From positions 1,536,001-1,600,000 of the forward strand of contig CBDBKE010000004.1 of NCBI GenBank assembly GCA_965206645.1: a DNA stretch of 64,000 bases, given 5' to 3'. Positions 49,259-59,302 of this stretch are shown here, piece by piece. A model generated the notes under the pieces. It worked only from the letters and a program-made list of their open reading frames with translations. It was not told the origin of the DNA and searched no databases. Source of the stretch: Terriglobia bacterium. GTDB lineage: Bacteria; Acidobacteriota; Terriglobia; JAJPHL01; JAPKYU01. Both the position numbers and the translations under genes were made by a program. Position 1 is the first letter of the stretch. Every line of letters begins with the position of its first letter.

Positions 49259-50767
49259 TCAGGAAGCCGAGGCGGGCACCGTGGTGTTAGCGCGGACGGC
49301 ACGGCCCCGCGCCCAGTGTCGCAAAGCGTCCACCTCCTCTCGCCGAGTCACGGAGAGCGGCATGGTATTGCCCAGTTCGCCAAGCACGATCTCGGTGCTC
49401 AATTCTTGCCTGTCCGCGTAAGCGCTGAAGAGGGCACCTTTCACCGCTTGCTCGATTTCGGCGCCGCTGAACCCCTCCGAGGCACCCGCCAGTGCCTCCA
49501 GATCAAATGCCGCCGGGTTGCGACCCTTACGCTTCAGGTGCACCCGAAAGATCTGTTGGCGCTCTTTCGGGCCGGACAAATCCACGAAGAAGATTTCATC
49601 GAATCGTCCTTTGCGGACCAGTTCCGGGGGCAGCACAGTGATGTCATTCGAGGTGGCAACCACAAAGACCGGCGCCTTGCGTTCCTGCAGCCAGGAGAGG
49701 AACGATCTCAGAATTCGGTTGGAAACTCCGCCGTCGGTGGCAGCCGCTCCAGACGAGGCGGCAAAGCCTTTCTCAATCTCGTCGATCCACAAGACGGCCG
49801 GGGCCAACTCGCCCGAGATGTCCAGGGCTTGCCGCAGGCGTCTCTCCGATTCCCCAACGTACTTGTTATACAGGCTGCCCGCGTTCAGTTTCAGAAGCGG
49901 TAGCCGCCATTCCCGCGCCACCGCCTTGGCGCACAGGCTCTTACCACAGCCCTGGACACCGGTGATCAGGATACCGCGTGGCGGGTCCAGGCCAAATTCG
50001 GCCGCCTCGCGCGTATAAGCCCCATGCCTTTTCTTCAACCAGCTCTTCAAGTTGGCCAACCCGCCCATGCTCTGGAAGTCATCGCTGGGCTCCACAAATT
50101 CCAGCACGCCCTGGTGGGAGATGATCTCCTTCTTCTTGGCCAGAACCGCGTCCAGGCAGCGCTCATCCACCCCGCCGTGTTCCAGCATGGCCGTGGTCAG
50201 GACCCGCTCGGCTTCGTTCAGAGTCAGCCCGCGCAGGCCGGCCGCCAGCCGATCCAGGCCCGCTTTATCCAGATCCCTGCGGAGAGTGTAGGACGCCTTC
50301 AGACGGCGAAAGGTGAGCTCGGTGAGCCGCTTCAGCTGCGCACTGTCAGGCACATCCAGGCGGAAGATAACCACATCTTTCTGCAACTCCACCGGCACCT
50401 ACAGCACCGGTGCCGAAATCAGTACCGACCGCCGAGTGCGACGGAACTGGTCGCATAGGTCGCGCAACTTGCGCAGGACCACGTCCTGCTCCAGGTAGGG
50501 GTGAAAATCTTCCAGCAGGTAGAGGGCGTCCACCGACACGTTCCCGATGTGATTCAAAGCGGCCATGGGTTCGCAAGTGCGGAAGATGGCGTTGGGCAGC
50601 CCGGCCCGCTGCAAACCAGTGGTCACCGTCCAGAAGAAGAGAGGAATCTGGAGGTCTACCGCCAGCGCCTCGAGCATCGCTTCCACTCGCTCTTCTTCCC
50701 AGGTCTCGATGTAGATCAGGGGAGTTTCCGAGTTGATCAGCAGCGTGAGTTCTCTGGCCTTGTTCAT
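49259..50767 (-). pseudogene. Ycf46-like AAA+ ATPase interrupted by one in-frame TAG (50401-50399)
   Basis: PLIYIETWEEERV...EDFHPYL...APVL*VPVEL...GGLANLKSWL...GVQGCGKS...WIDEIEK...RKGRFDE. Confidence 0.85.
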
Positions 50768-50910
50768 CCGGTGGAAGATCATTTTATATCGGGCGGGGGA
50801 ACACTCCAAAGACCCAAAAGGACGGAACCGCTTTGACAGTTGTGACTGTCAAATTGGATGCGCATAAAATGACTGTCTATGCTAACCTCCAAGGAGCAAA
50901 CAGGAGAATC

Positions 50911-51192
50911 ATGGCCAATCATTTCTCGGCGCTGAAAAGAATGCGCCAGAGCCGGAAGCGAGCCGAAGCCAACAAGGCCCGTCGCACCCGCCTTCGTCAT
51001 GAGCTGCGGGAACTGCGTCGGGCGATCCGCGCCGGAGACCTCCAGAAGGCCCAAACTCTGTTAGGTCCTGCCGCTTCGGTCATCGACAAGTCCCTGAAGA
51101 AAGGGATCATCAAGGAGAGGACGGCCGGCCGCTTTAAATCACGGCTGATGGCCCGCCTCGCCGCTCTGAAGAAGAGCGCCGCAGCCGCCTAA
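50911..51192 (+). CDS. rpsT: 30S ribosomal protein S20
   Basis: MANHFSALKRMRQ...IDK..KKGII...AGR.KSRL; AGGAG SD. Confidence 0.97.
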   Translation: MANHFSALKRMRQSRKRAEANKARRTRLRHELRELRRAIRAGDLQKAQTLLGPAASVIDKSLKKGIIKERTAGRFKSRLMARLAALKKSAAAA

Positions 51193-51279
51193 AGCCCCAC
51201 AGTTCCAAGCGGACCCGGAGTTTCAAGCAGACCCACGGTTCCGCGCTGGATTGCTCAAGTGGGGGCGCAACAGGCGGCG

Positions 51280-52254
51280 CTACCAATCAAGATTGGCGTC
51301 CCAGAGGGGAGCCGGGGGCTTCCGGATCAGGACCCTGTGCAGGAGTTGCGCAGCTAACTCGAACCCCTCCTCCGGATCAATCAGCGGATCCTCGTGCTCG
51401 ATGGACAGCACGTCATCATAGCCCACCTGGCGCAGGGTGCTGACGAAGGCGCGCCAGAACTCTTCCGGGTGTCCATAGCCGACGGTGCGGAAAATCCAAC
51501 TGCGGTTCTTTGTGTCCTGAAACGTCTTGGCATCGAGGATCCCGTTGACGCGCACGTTATGCGGGTCCGGTAGGCTGTCTTTCGCGTGGGCATGGTAGAT
51601 GACCTCGCCCAGGGTCCGGATCACTTCCAGGATATCCATGCCCTGCCAAAACAGGTGGGACGGGTCGAGGTTGCATCCGATGACCGGACCCACCGCATCT
51701 CGCAAGCGGAGCAGCGCTTCGGGATTGAACACTATGTCACCCGGGTGCATTTCAAAGCACAGCTGGATCCCGTGGTCCGAGGCAATTTTTCCATGCTCCT
51801 TCCAATACGGGATCAGCCGCTTCTCCCACTGCCACTCATACCTCTCCATCAGCCGCGGCGGAAAGGGAAAGAGAATCCAGTTGGGGACCTTGTCCCCGGG
51901 GGCCGCCTCCGGCACGCCGGACAGCAACGTCAGCCGGGTGACTCTGATTTTCTCAGCCAGTGCGCAGGTCGCGCGAAAGTCGCGGTCGTAAGCTTCCGAA
52001 ATCTTAGGGTCAGGATGAAGCGGCTCTCCGTGCATCGCAAAGGCACTGATCTTCAGCTCGGCGTCGGCCAGAATGGCCTGAAACTCCTCCAGCGCGCGCG
52101 AATTGGCCAGCAACTGCGCCGGGTGGCAATGGTTCTTCGGGAAGAAACCTCCGGTGCCGATTTCTATTGCTTGCAATCCCAGCGCGTGCATCTTCTTGGC
52201 GGCTTCCGGTAGCGGCTGGTTTACAAAGACGGTGGTAATGGCTCCTAGATGCAT
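51280..52254 (-). CDS. sugar phosphate isomerase/epimerase (xylose-isomerase-like TIM barrel)
   Basis: EMHPG, NLDPSHLFWQG, HAHAKD, SIEHED. Confidence 0.9.
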   Translation of the reverse strand: MHLGAITTVFVNQPLPEAAKKMHALGLQAIEIGTGGFFPKNHCHPAQLLANSRALEEFQAILADAELKISAFAMHGEPLHPDPKISEAYDRDFRATCALAEKIRVTRLTLLSGVPEAAPGDKVPNWILFPFPPRLMERYEWQWEKRLIPYWKEHGKIASDHGIQLCFEMHPGDIVFNPEALLRLRDAVGPVIGCNLDPSHLFWQGMDILEVIRTLGEVIYHAHAKDSLPDPHNVRVNGILDAKTFQDTKNRSWIFRTVGYGHPEEFWRAFVSTLRQVGYDDVLSIEHEDPLIDPEEGFELAAQLLHRVLIRKPPAPLWDANLDW

Positions 52255-52344
52255 GGCAGTCTCTCCTCCCGACCAAACCGCGAACAGAGTTTTCCTTTGG
52301 TCCTAGCAGCCTGCGGAGGACCCCTTTGTACGACACTTGCAGGA

Positions 52345-53430
52345 TTACCGTTCTTGGGCCAGATCCATGACTAGGCGTTCCAAAATGACGTGCTCATCGG
52401 GCGGCGAGAAGCGCAGGGCTACGTCCGCTTCAAACAGCTTTTCCAGTGCCCCGGTCAATTCTGCCACCGTAAACTTGCGTGCTTGCTCGCGCACCTTGGG
52501 ATGGACCCACTCCCGGGCTCCCTCCTTGCACTTCAGCAACTTCCGCACGTGACCGGCGATCAAGGCAGCCACCAGCAGCGGCGAGGTGTTCCGGCGCAGC
52601 ATCACCTGCACCAGGCGCAGTGCGCCGGCGATATCGCGTTCTCCGATGGCGTCGGAAATTTCCCACAGCGTAAAACTGCTTTCGGCCGGCACCACTGCCT
52701 GCACCTGCGCGGAAGAAATCCGGCCGCTACCGGCGGCGCACAGCATGAGTTTTTCCAGCTCCAGAACCGCACGGGCCAAGTCACCGGTGCAGGCTTCGGC
52801 CAATTCTCTGGCGGTATCCTGCTGTAAGACAATGTTGTTGCGCCTAGCTTCCTCGATCAAGTAGCGGGCGGCTTGCCCAGTGGAAGACCTCTCCAGCCGC
52901 AACGATGGTACCGGGAGCAGCTTCTCGAGCCGCTCGGCCTTGCGCGCAGCGTCCCGGTCGCTCAAATCCAGCGAAGTTGCCTCGAACACCACCACGCTGC
53001 CCGGCAGGGGGCGCGCGAAATAGTCGGCAACCGCAGCCGCAGAATGCCGGGCTGCCGTCGCGGGCTCATCGGATGTGTCCTCCTCACCCTCCTCGGGCAG
53101 GCCGGCAGCTGGCGCCTCCGGGCGCAGCGGCCTCCCCTGCTGCTTTCGCTTGGCGAGTAGAGCTTCTGCATTGCGCAACCATAACAGGCGCCGGCTGGCA
53201 AATAGGCCTGGCGAGGCGGCGTCCTCAAGAGCATTGTGCACAGGCACTTGGACCAGATCGTGTTCTACTAGTTCCCCCCCTGGCTCCCCGCCCGGGTCCT
53301 CGAGGAAAAATTTTCGCAGGGCTTCCCGAACCCGGTCGCGAAAGAACAGCTCTCTGCCGACCAGCAGATAGCCGGGGGAAAACTTGCCCCCGGCGGCCCC
53401 CTTCAGGAACTCAGCCAGAGACAGGCCCAT
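52345..53430 (-). CDS. holA: DNA polymerase III delta subunit
   Basis: YLLVG.E.F, GLFASRRL, ELEKL; follows lptE. Confidence 0.85.
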   Translation of the reverse strand: MGLSLAEFLKGAAGGKFSPGYLLVGRELFFRDRVREALRKFFLEDPGGEPGGELVEHDLVQVPVHNALEDAASPGLFASRRLLWLRNAEALLAKRKQQGRPLRPEAPAAGLPEEGEEDTSDEPATAARHSAAAVADYFARPLPGSVVVFEATSLDLSDRDAARKAERLEKLLPVPSLRLERSSTGQAARYLIEEARRNNIVLQQDTARELAEACTGDLARAVLELEKLMLCAAGSGRISSAQVQAVVPAESSFTLWEISDAIGERDIAGALRLVQVMLRRNTSPLLVAALIAGHVRKLLKCKEGAREWVHPKVREQARKFTVAELTGALEKLFEADVALRFSPPDEHVILERLVMDLAQER

Positions 53431-53987
53431 CAGAATGCCTCAAGAAGGGAAGACACCAGGCTGGCGGCGAAGGAGCGGCCGAGTCGTTCCACGGCCGGGC
53501 CGCTTTCTTCAAAGTAGGTGGCCGCGTCGCCGCTGACCTCGTGGGTTTCTGTGAAGCGGAAGTCGGGATCCTGGAATAGCAGTTTGCCGGTGTGCTGGTC
53601 GGTTAGCTTCACTCGCATGCGCACGGCCATGCTCACCGCGGTGGTGCGCCTTTCGGAGGAATCCACCAATATTGGCGTGGTCCAGAACTGGATCACGGTG
53701 CCCGTCAGGACCGCGTCGCTGCCGGCCGGTTCCGGCTGGATGCGAAATCGGGTACGGGCCAGTAATTCGCGCACCACCGCCTGGGTGAGCACTTGCTCGA
53801 CTTTGTAGCGCGAGGTCTCGTTGCGGAAGGCAGGGACGGCGATGGTTTTGACCTCAGCGGGGATTTGCGTCCCCTTGCCGGCCACGTGGTAGCCGCAACC
53901 GTTGCCCGCAAGACCCACCATCAGGACCACCGCGACCAGAGCTGCGCTGCTTGTCCTCAATTCCGCACCCGGCACTCCCTGCTTCAT
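53430..53987 (-). CDS. lptE: LPS assembly lipoprotein LptE family
   Basis: Lipobox GCGYH, TIAVPAFRNET. Confidence 0.82.
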   Translation of the reverse strand: MKQGVPGAELRTSSAALVAVVLMVGLAGNGCGYHVAGKGTQIPAEVKTIAVPAFRNETSRYKVEQVLTQAVVRELLARTRFRIQPEPAGSDAVLTGTVIQFWTTPILVDSSERRTTAVSMAVRMRVKLTDQHTGKLLFQDPDFRFTETHEVSGDAATYFEESGPAVERLGRSFAASLVSSLLEAF

Positions 53988-55024
53988 TCGACTCGCAGCC
54001 TGGGGATTCGCACCCTGGCCAGCTCCTCGGCAATACAGACTGCGTTCAGCGCCGACAAGCGCAGATTGTCGGCGGCGGCCCACAGCCAGTAACCGCACGA
54101 GCCCGCGCGATCCCGGCGGATATCGCCGACCAGGATGTCGTCGGAGGCGGCAGCTCCCACCGCCGTCGGCGCCTCTTCGCTGCTCCGGCGCAGGTCGAAC
54201 CCGTCTCCCGACAGGGCCTCCTCAAGGTCAGCGGCATCGCGGGGCTGCTCCAGCTCCAGGTAGAAAGAAAACGTGTAGGCGTGGAAGGTAGGCGATTGCA
54301 CCACCCGCACCGCAGGCCGCAACGCGCGGCCGCCCAGCAAGCGCTCGACGTGGCATCCAACCCGCTGCTCCACCTCAGCCAGCGAAGCTTGACTGCCCTC
54401 CCCGCAGGCGGCCAGCAGGTTAAACGCCACCTGGCTGCCGAACACCTGCTGCGGCACCTTTTGGAAACGGAGCAGGCTCATGGTCTGCTGGTGGAGTTCC
54501 GCCACTCCGGCCGCGCCGCGCTCACTGGCCGGCTCAAAGACGTTCACAACAGCGCGAGTCAGCGAAAAGCTGGCGGCCAGCCGTCGCAGGATGGAACTGA
54601 TCGCCAGGGCTGCCGGGTGCGCCGCTGCGAATATCTTCCCTTCCCCCAGCGGAAGGTGCCCAGTAGCCAGCGGGCCGGCTACTGGCACCTCCGGCATCGC
54701 CTCCTCCAGTACCCCGCTCAGGTCAATCAACCGGCTACCTTTGCCCTCGGCCAATTTCCAGCAGTGCCGCATGAAGGGAGCCGAACCTGTGAAAAAGGCA
54801 AAATCCACCTGCTCAAAGCTCCCCTCATCCACGGAACGGATAAAGGTGGGCTCGCCTTGAAACTCGGCCAGTTGTCCTTGCCGTTCCTCATCATCCAGCA
54901 AGGTCAGGCGGCGAATAGGGAAAGAGCGTCTCTCCAGAACTTCTTTGACTTCCTTGCCCTTGAGCGAGGACGCTCCCACCAAGGCGATATGGAACCCGGC
55001 GTGAGGCATGTGGCCCTCAGGCAC
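53984..55024 (-). CDS. Asd-like (Usg-type) protein
   Basis: IALVGAS, DLS, ASERG, VAFNL, ADNLR..ALNAV; catalytic NPNC motif absent. Confidence 0.8.
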   Translation of the reverse strand: MPEGHMPHAGFHIALVGASSLKGKEVKEVLERRSFPIRRLTLLDDEERQGQLAEFQGEPTFIRSVDEGSFEQVDFAFFTGSAPFMRHCWKLAEGKGSRLIDLSGVLEEAMPEVPVAGPLATGHLPLGEGKIFAAAHPAALAISSILRRLAASFSLTRAVVNVFEPASERGAAGVAELHQQTMSLLRFQKVPQQVFGSQVAFNLLAACGEGSQASLAEVEQRVGCHVERLLGGRALRPAVRVVQSPTFHAYTFSFYLELEQPRDAADLEEALSGDGFDLRRSSEEAPTAVGAAASDDILVGDIRRDRAGSCGYWLWAAADNLRLSALNAVCIAEELARVRIPRLRVE

Positions 55025-55871
55025 CGGCGGGAAGATCCCCCGGAGGCGGCACGGGGCGAGGGAAGCGGCGGCGAAAGAGGCCGCCGACGCGGGCCACTAC
55101 GCCAGAGCCGGCATAGGTCAAGGCCATGGCCAGAAGGACCGGCTCGGAATAAAACCAGATAGCGGCCACCAGCGCGCCGATTGCAATCACGGGGACGAAG
55201 CGGCGGCGGCGACGCAGGTCCAGGTCCTTGAAGCTGTAATAGCGCCAGCGGCTCACCATTAGCAGTGCGATAGCCAGCAAAATCGTCAGCCACGCCAACG
55301 ACCAGCCCCACCAGACCAGCGGTCTGCCGTTTCCGACGTGCACGATCGCGGCCAGTAGTCCGGCCGCCGCTGGAATAGGCAGGCCCGAAAAATATTTGCG
55401 GCCTGGACGCCCCGGATTGGCCAGCACCGGATCGGACTGGATGTTGAATCGCGCCAGCCTCGACGCCCCACAGAGCACGAACAGAAAGCTCAAGAACCAG
55501 CCCGCGCGATGGACGTGCTCCATCAACGCGGCACTACTCGGATCAACCCAGCGGATACCCCAAGTGAACGCCAGCAACGCCGGGGCAACCCCAAAGCTGA
55601 TGACGTCAGCTAGCGAGTCAAATTCCCGACCGAACGCGCTGGCCGTGTTGGTCAGCCGGGCCAGGCGGCCATCCAGAAGGTCGAACAGCACGGCAAACCC
55701 GATGGCTTTCGCGGCGGCATCCAGATGCTGCGCGGCCACCTCCGGCGCGAGCACCGCCTCGAGGATCTGCGTTAGGGCAAAGTAGCCGCAAAACAGATTG
55801 GCCACGGTAAACAGGCTAGGCAGCAGGTAGGCGCCTCGGCGAACAGGCCGCAATCGGTTGGTCGTGGCCAT
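55017..55871 (-). CDS. pssA: CDP-diacylglycerol-serine O-phosphatidyltransferase
   Basis: D.LDGRLAR...S.FG.EFDSLAD.ISFGVAP, RLARFN. Confidence 0.93.
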   Translation of the reverse strand: MATTNRLRPVRRGAYLLPSLFTVANLFCGYFALTQILEAVLAPEVAAQHLDAAAKAIGFAVLFDLLDGRLARLTNTASAFGREFDSLADVISFGVAPALLAFTWGIRWVDPSSAALMEHVHRAGWFLSFLFVLCGASRLARFNIQSDPVLANPGRPGRKYFSGLPIPAAAGLLAAIVHVGNGRPLVWWGWSLAWLTILLAIALLMVSRWRYYSFKDLDLRRRRRFVPVIAIGALVAAIWFYSEPVLLAMALTYAGSGVVARVGGLFRRRFPRPVPPPGDLPAGA

Positions 55872-55872
55872 C

Positions 55873-56493
55873 TCAGTTTCTCCGCGCCAAGATAGTCGTG
55901 CCCGCGCGGACCCGCGTCCCCCACGGCACCAGAATTTCCCAGCTCGAGTCCAGAAAGACATCCACCCGGGACCCGAGTTTGATCATCCCGACTCGTTCCC
56001 CGCGAGCTACGCGATCCCCTTGCTTCTTCCAGAAGACGATGCGGCGGGCCACCAGGCCGGCAATCTGCTTGAACACGACCACCCCTTCCGGCCCTTCTAC
56101 AGTCACCGAGTTGCTCTCATTTTGAACCGAGGCCTCGGGCCGGTTAGCCATCCGGAAGCGCCCCGGGCTGTATTGGACATCGCGGATGAAGCCAGCGATC
56201 GGCGCGCGGTTCACGTGGACGTCAAAGGGCGAAAGAAAGATGCTGATGCGGCGAACGGGGCGCCCTTGGTGCTCGCCCGCGCAGATGTCCACCACCCGGC
56301 CATCGGCCGGGGAAACCACCACCGGGCCCGGGTCGTTGGACACCAGACGCTCAGGATCTCGGAAGAAATAAAGGAGAAAGAGCGCCGCGGCCAGCGGCGG
56401 CAGGGCAAACCACACCCCAGCCAGCCAGGCCAGGAGCACCGCAGCCAGGCTTAGTGTTACGCCATAGCGGATTCCGTCGGAGACCACAGCCAC
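55873..56493 (-). CDS. psd: phosphatidylserine decarboxylase proenzyme
   Basis: FFRDPER, SPADG, HVNRAP, QIAGLVARRI, LGSRVD. Confidence 0.94.
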   Translation of the reverse strand: MAVVSDGIRYGVTLSLAAVLLAWLAGVWFALPPLAAALFLLYFFRDPERLVSNDPGPVVVSPADGRVVDICAGEHQGRPVRRISIFLSPFDVHVNRAPIAGFIRDVQYSPGRFRMANRPEASVQNESNSVTVEGPEGVVVFKQIAGLVARRIVFWKKQGDRVARGERVGMIKLGSRVDVFLDSSWEILVPWGTRVRAGTTILARRN

Positions 56494-56522
56494 TCCCGTA
56501 TTTTACCAGAGCCCCAAAGCCT

Positions 56523-56557
56523 AAAGGGGGCGATGAGCCTTTGCGGCGCATCGCCCC
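56523..56557 (-). terminator. putative terminator after the DUF465 gene
   Basis: GGGGCGATG...CATCGCCCC stem with a short T tail. Confidence 0.45.
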
Positions 56558-56596
56558 TCTGTGTTTCCCGTCTGCCAGTCAATCGGCCAAAGACCG

Positions 56597-56836
56597 TCAG
56601 GCCACCGAAGGGTGTTCCTTCTTATGCTGCTGAATGATCCGCTGCATTTCGTCTTTCAGGCGGAGTTTCAGCTTCTTTAGCTTCGCCTCCTCCAGCTGCT
56701 CCTCGTCATTGAGGTAGCTCTTGCTGGAGAGCTCTTGCAGTTGTTCGTCGTAGATATGGTGTTGATCCGCCAGCCTTCGAAATTCCTCATTGGTTGCCAC
56801 CAGGTACCCTTTGAGATCCTGAGGGCGATCCATCAT
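56597..56836 (-). CDS. DUF465/YdcH-family protein
   Basis: EFRRL..QH..YD..L...LKKLKLRLKDEM; GGAGG SD. Confidence 0.85.
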   Translation of the reverse strand: MMDRPQDLKGYLVATNEEFRRLADQHHIYDEQLQELSSKSYLNDEEQLEEAKLKKLKLRLKDEMQRIIQQHKKEHPSVA

Positions 56837-56912
56837 AAGGTATGCCTCCGGGGAAGAAGTCTGGGGTCAGACTAGCACAGCGCGCGAGCCGGTTCAAGGA
56901 ACAAAGCGGCGG

Positions 56913-57362
56913 TCAGCTCCCGGCAGCCTTCTTGGCCGCCACCTTGGCCGCGAACCTGGCCCGGTCCACGATGGCGCGCCCGACCGTGCCCCGGCCGATC
57001 TGTTCGCGCTCGTCGCGCGCTTCCACGCGGAATTCTAGAAAGCGACCGTCCACCCGGATCAGTTCTGCGCGCACCGTCACCTGCATCCCCTCCGGGGTAG
57101 CCGCCAGGTGCTCGACGTGGATCGCCGTGCCCAGGGTAAGGGTCCCCGGCGGCAGCGCCGGCGCCACCGCCTGGCCTGCGGCCCGTTCCATCGCCAGCAC
57201 CATCGCCGGGGTGGCATAGACCGCCGGCATCGCCGGGTCGTGCGACTGCACGGTGAGCGAGTGTTCCACTCGCTCGCTGAATTCGTAAGAGAGGCCCGGT
57301 TGCAGCTCTAGGGGCTCCGAAGATCCACCCGCCGTGCCGCCTGGTATCCCTGGGGTGTTCAT
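56913..57362 (-). CDS. FlK-like hotdog thioesterase
   Basis: [24 protein letters not shown]. Confidence 0.88.
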   Translation of the reverse strand: MNTPGIPGGTAGGSSEPLELQPGLSYEFSERVEHSLTVQSHDPAMPAVYATPAMVLAMERAAGQAVAPALPPGTLTLGTAIHVEHLAATPEGMQVTVRAELIRVDGRFLEFRVEARDEREQIGRGTVGRAIVDRARFAAKVAAKKAAGS

Positions 57363-58675
57363 TGTGCTTTGACCTTGCGCTGCGCAGCCACAGCCTCAAA
57401 AGCGGTGGCCGCGGCGCGGACAGTGATTTCGATATCCGCTTCGCTGTGGGCGGCGGAGAGAAACGCCGCCTCAAACTGCGAGGGCGGCAGGTATATGCCT
57501 TCTTCCAGCATGGCACGGAAGAAGGCGGCGAAGGCTTCGGTATCACTGGTCTTGGCCGTCGCATAGTCTTTCACCGGACGGTCGGTGAAGAAAAAAGTAA
57601 ACATGGACCCGCGGCGGTTGATGGTGAGAGAAACCTCGGCGGTCGCCGCGGCTGAAGCGACGCCGCTGGTCAGCCCTTCTGCCCGCTGGTCGAGTCCGGC
57701 ATAGAGATCGGGGTCGCGGCGCAGCACCCGCAATGTCGCGATGCCTGCAGCTACCGCTAGTGGGTTGCCCGAAAGCGTACCCGCCTGATAGACGGGACCT
57801 TCCGGGGCTATCTGCGCCATGATCTCGGCCCGCCCGCCATAGGCACCCACCGGCAGGCCGCCGCCGATGATCTTGCCCAGGATGGTCAGGTCCGGAACGA
57901 TTCCGGCCAGCCGTTGCACCCCGCCAAACGTCAGCCGGAAGCCGGTCATCACCTCGTCGAAGATCAACAGCGCTCCGGCCTGCTCACTCCGTCGGCGCAG
58001 CAATTCCAGGTAGCCAGGCTCGGGGGGTACGCAGCCCATGTTGCCCACGATCGGCTCGACGATGACGCAGGCGATTTGGCTGCCAAAGCGGTCAAAGGCT
58101 GCCTCCAGCGCCGCGAAGTCGTTAAAGGGCAAAGCGAGGGTCTGACGCGTCACTTCCGGTGGCACGCCGGCGGTGTCGGGCAAGCCGAAGGTGGCCACGC
58201 CCGAGCCCGCCTTCACCAGCAGGGAATCCACGTGCCCGTGGTAGCAGCCTTCGAACTTCACCACCAGCGTCCGGCCCGTAAAGGCTCGCGCCACGCGGAT
58301 GGCGCTCATGGCGGCCTCGGTGCCCGAGTTCACCAACCGCACTTTCTCCATCGAAGGGAAAGCTTCGCAGATGAGCGAGGCCAGTTCCAACTCGCCCTCC
58401 GTGGCAGCGCCGAAACTGGTGCCCCGCCCCACCGCCTCTCGCAGCGCGTCGACCACCTCCGGATAGCAGTGACCCAAGATGAGCGGTCCCCAGGAGTTGA
58501 CATAATCCAGGTACTCATTGCCGTCCACGTCCCAGACCCGGGCGCCTGCGCCGTACCCCACCACGACCGGCTCCGCACCCACGGCGCGGAACGCGCGCAC
58601 CGGCGAATTCACCCCGCCGGGAATCAATTGCCGGGCACGGCGGAAAATTTCTTCCGATTGTTTATGCGGCTTCAG
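57359..58675 (-). CDS. hemL: glutamate-1-semialdehyde 2,1-aminomutase (probable CTG start)
   Basis: [46 protein letters not shown]; AAGGAGG-5nt-CTG. Confidence 0.96.
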   Translation of the reverse strand: MKPHKQSEEIFRRARQLIPGGVNSPVRAFRAVGAEPVVVGYGAGARVWDVDGNEYLDYVNSWGPLILGHCYPEVVDALREAVGRGTSFGAATEGELELASLICEAFPSMEKVRLVNSGTEAAMSAIRVARAFTGRTLVVKFEGCYHGHVDSLLVKAGSGVATFGLPDTAGVPPEVTRQTLALPFNDFAALEAAFDRFGSQIACVIVEPIVGNMGCVPPEPGYLELLRRRSEQAGALLIFDEVMTGFRLTFGGVQRLAGIVPDLTILGKIIGGGLPVGAYGGRAEIMAQIAPEGPVYQAGTLSGNPLAVAAGIATLRVLRRDPDLYAGLDQRAEGLTSGVASAAATAEVSLTINRRGSMFTFFFTDRPVKDYATAKTSDTEAFAAFFRAMLEEGIYLPPSQFEAAFLSAAHSEADIEITVRAAATAFEAVAAQRKVKAQ

Positions 58676-58838
58676 GTCGGCCTCCTTGCTGCTCTCGGCC
58701 CAGCAGGCTCCGGACCGGTAACGCGACGCCCGATCGCGGCCATCTGGGCTGCGGCAAAGGCGCCGGCAGGCCCGCCCTCAACCACTGCGATGCAGCTCGG
58801 TTGGCGCGATGCCGTTTCGGCTTTCCCCGCATCGGCTA

Positions 58839-59231
58839 TCAATACCGCCCACCACCTCCAGCTTCCTGCGGCGCGGAGGTGACTCCCTTGGTCTTGTCGC
58901 GCTCCACCAGCCAGGTGCGGCTTCCCGCGCGCTTCAGCACGTAGCGCAGCGAAACGCTCGATTGCGGGTCTTCCCTGCCGTGAAACAGCACCGTAGCCTC
59001 CGCTTGGTCATCTCGGAAGGTGACCTGTTGGATTTCCATGGACATGGCCGTGGGCGACAAAATCGGGCGCGAGTTCACGTAGTCCTGGATGGCCTTCTCG
59101 ACATCGGCTCGATCGTTGACCGGCGCCTGCTGGGAGCAGCCCGTGACGACGGTCAGCAGCAAGCAAAGCGCCACTAGCGCAGGCATCCGCCCTGAGGCTA
59201 GCGCAGAAGCTCGCACGCATACAAGGAGCAT
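58839..59231 (-). CDS. putative lipoprotein
   Basis: Hydrophobic stretch ending in VTGC; start uncertain. Confidence 0.6.
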   Translation of the reverse strand: MLLVCVRASALASGRMPALVALCLLLTVVTGCSQQAPVNDRADVEKAIQDYVNSRPILSPTAMSMEIQQVTFRDDQAEATVLFHGREDPQSSVSLRYVLKRAGSRTWLVERDKTKGVTSAPQEAGGGGRY

Positions 59232-59302
59232 TCCGATGACGCCAGCTTAGGTCTCGATCCTGCCGACAAACCGCCCGCCCCGGTCGTGCTACAGTGGTGG
59301 CA

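Noticed and set aside
50399-50401. Pyrrolysine or genome-wide TAG recoding
   Set aside because: Other genes here end normally at TAG (e.g. gspG, gspF, dksA-like, phoH); no pyl genes are seen.
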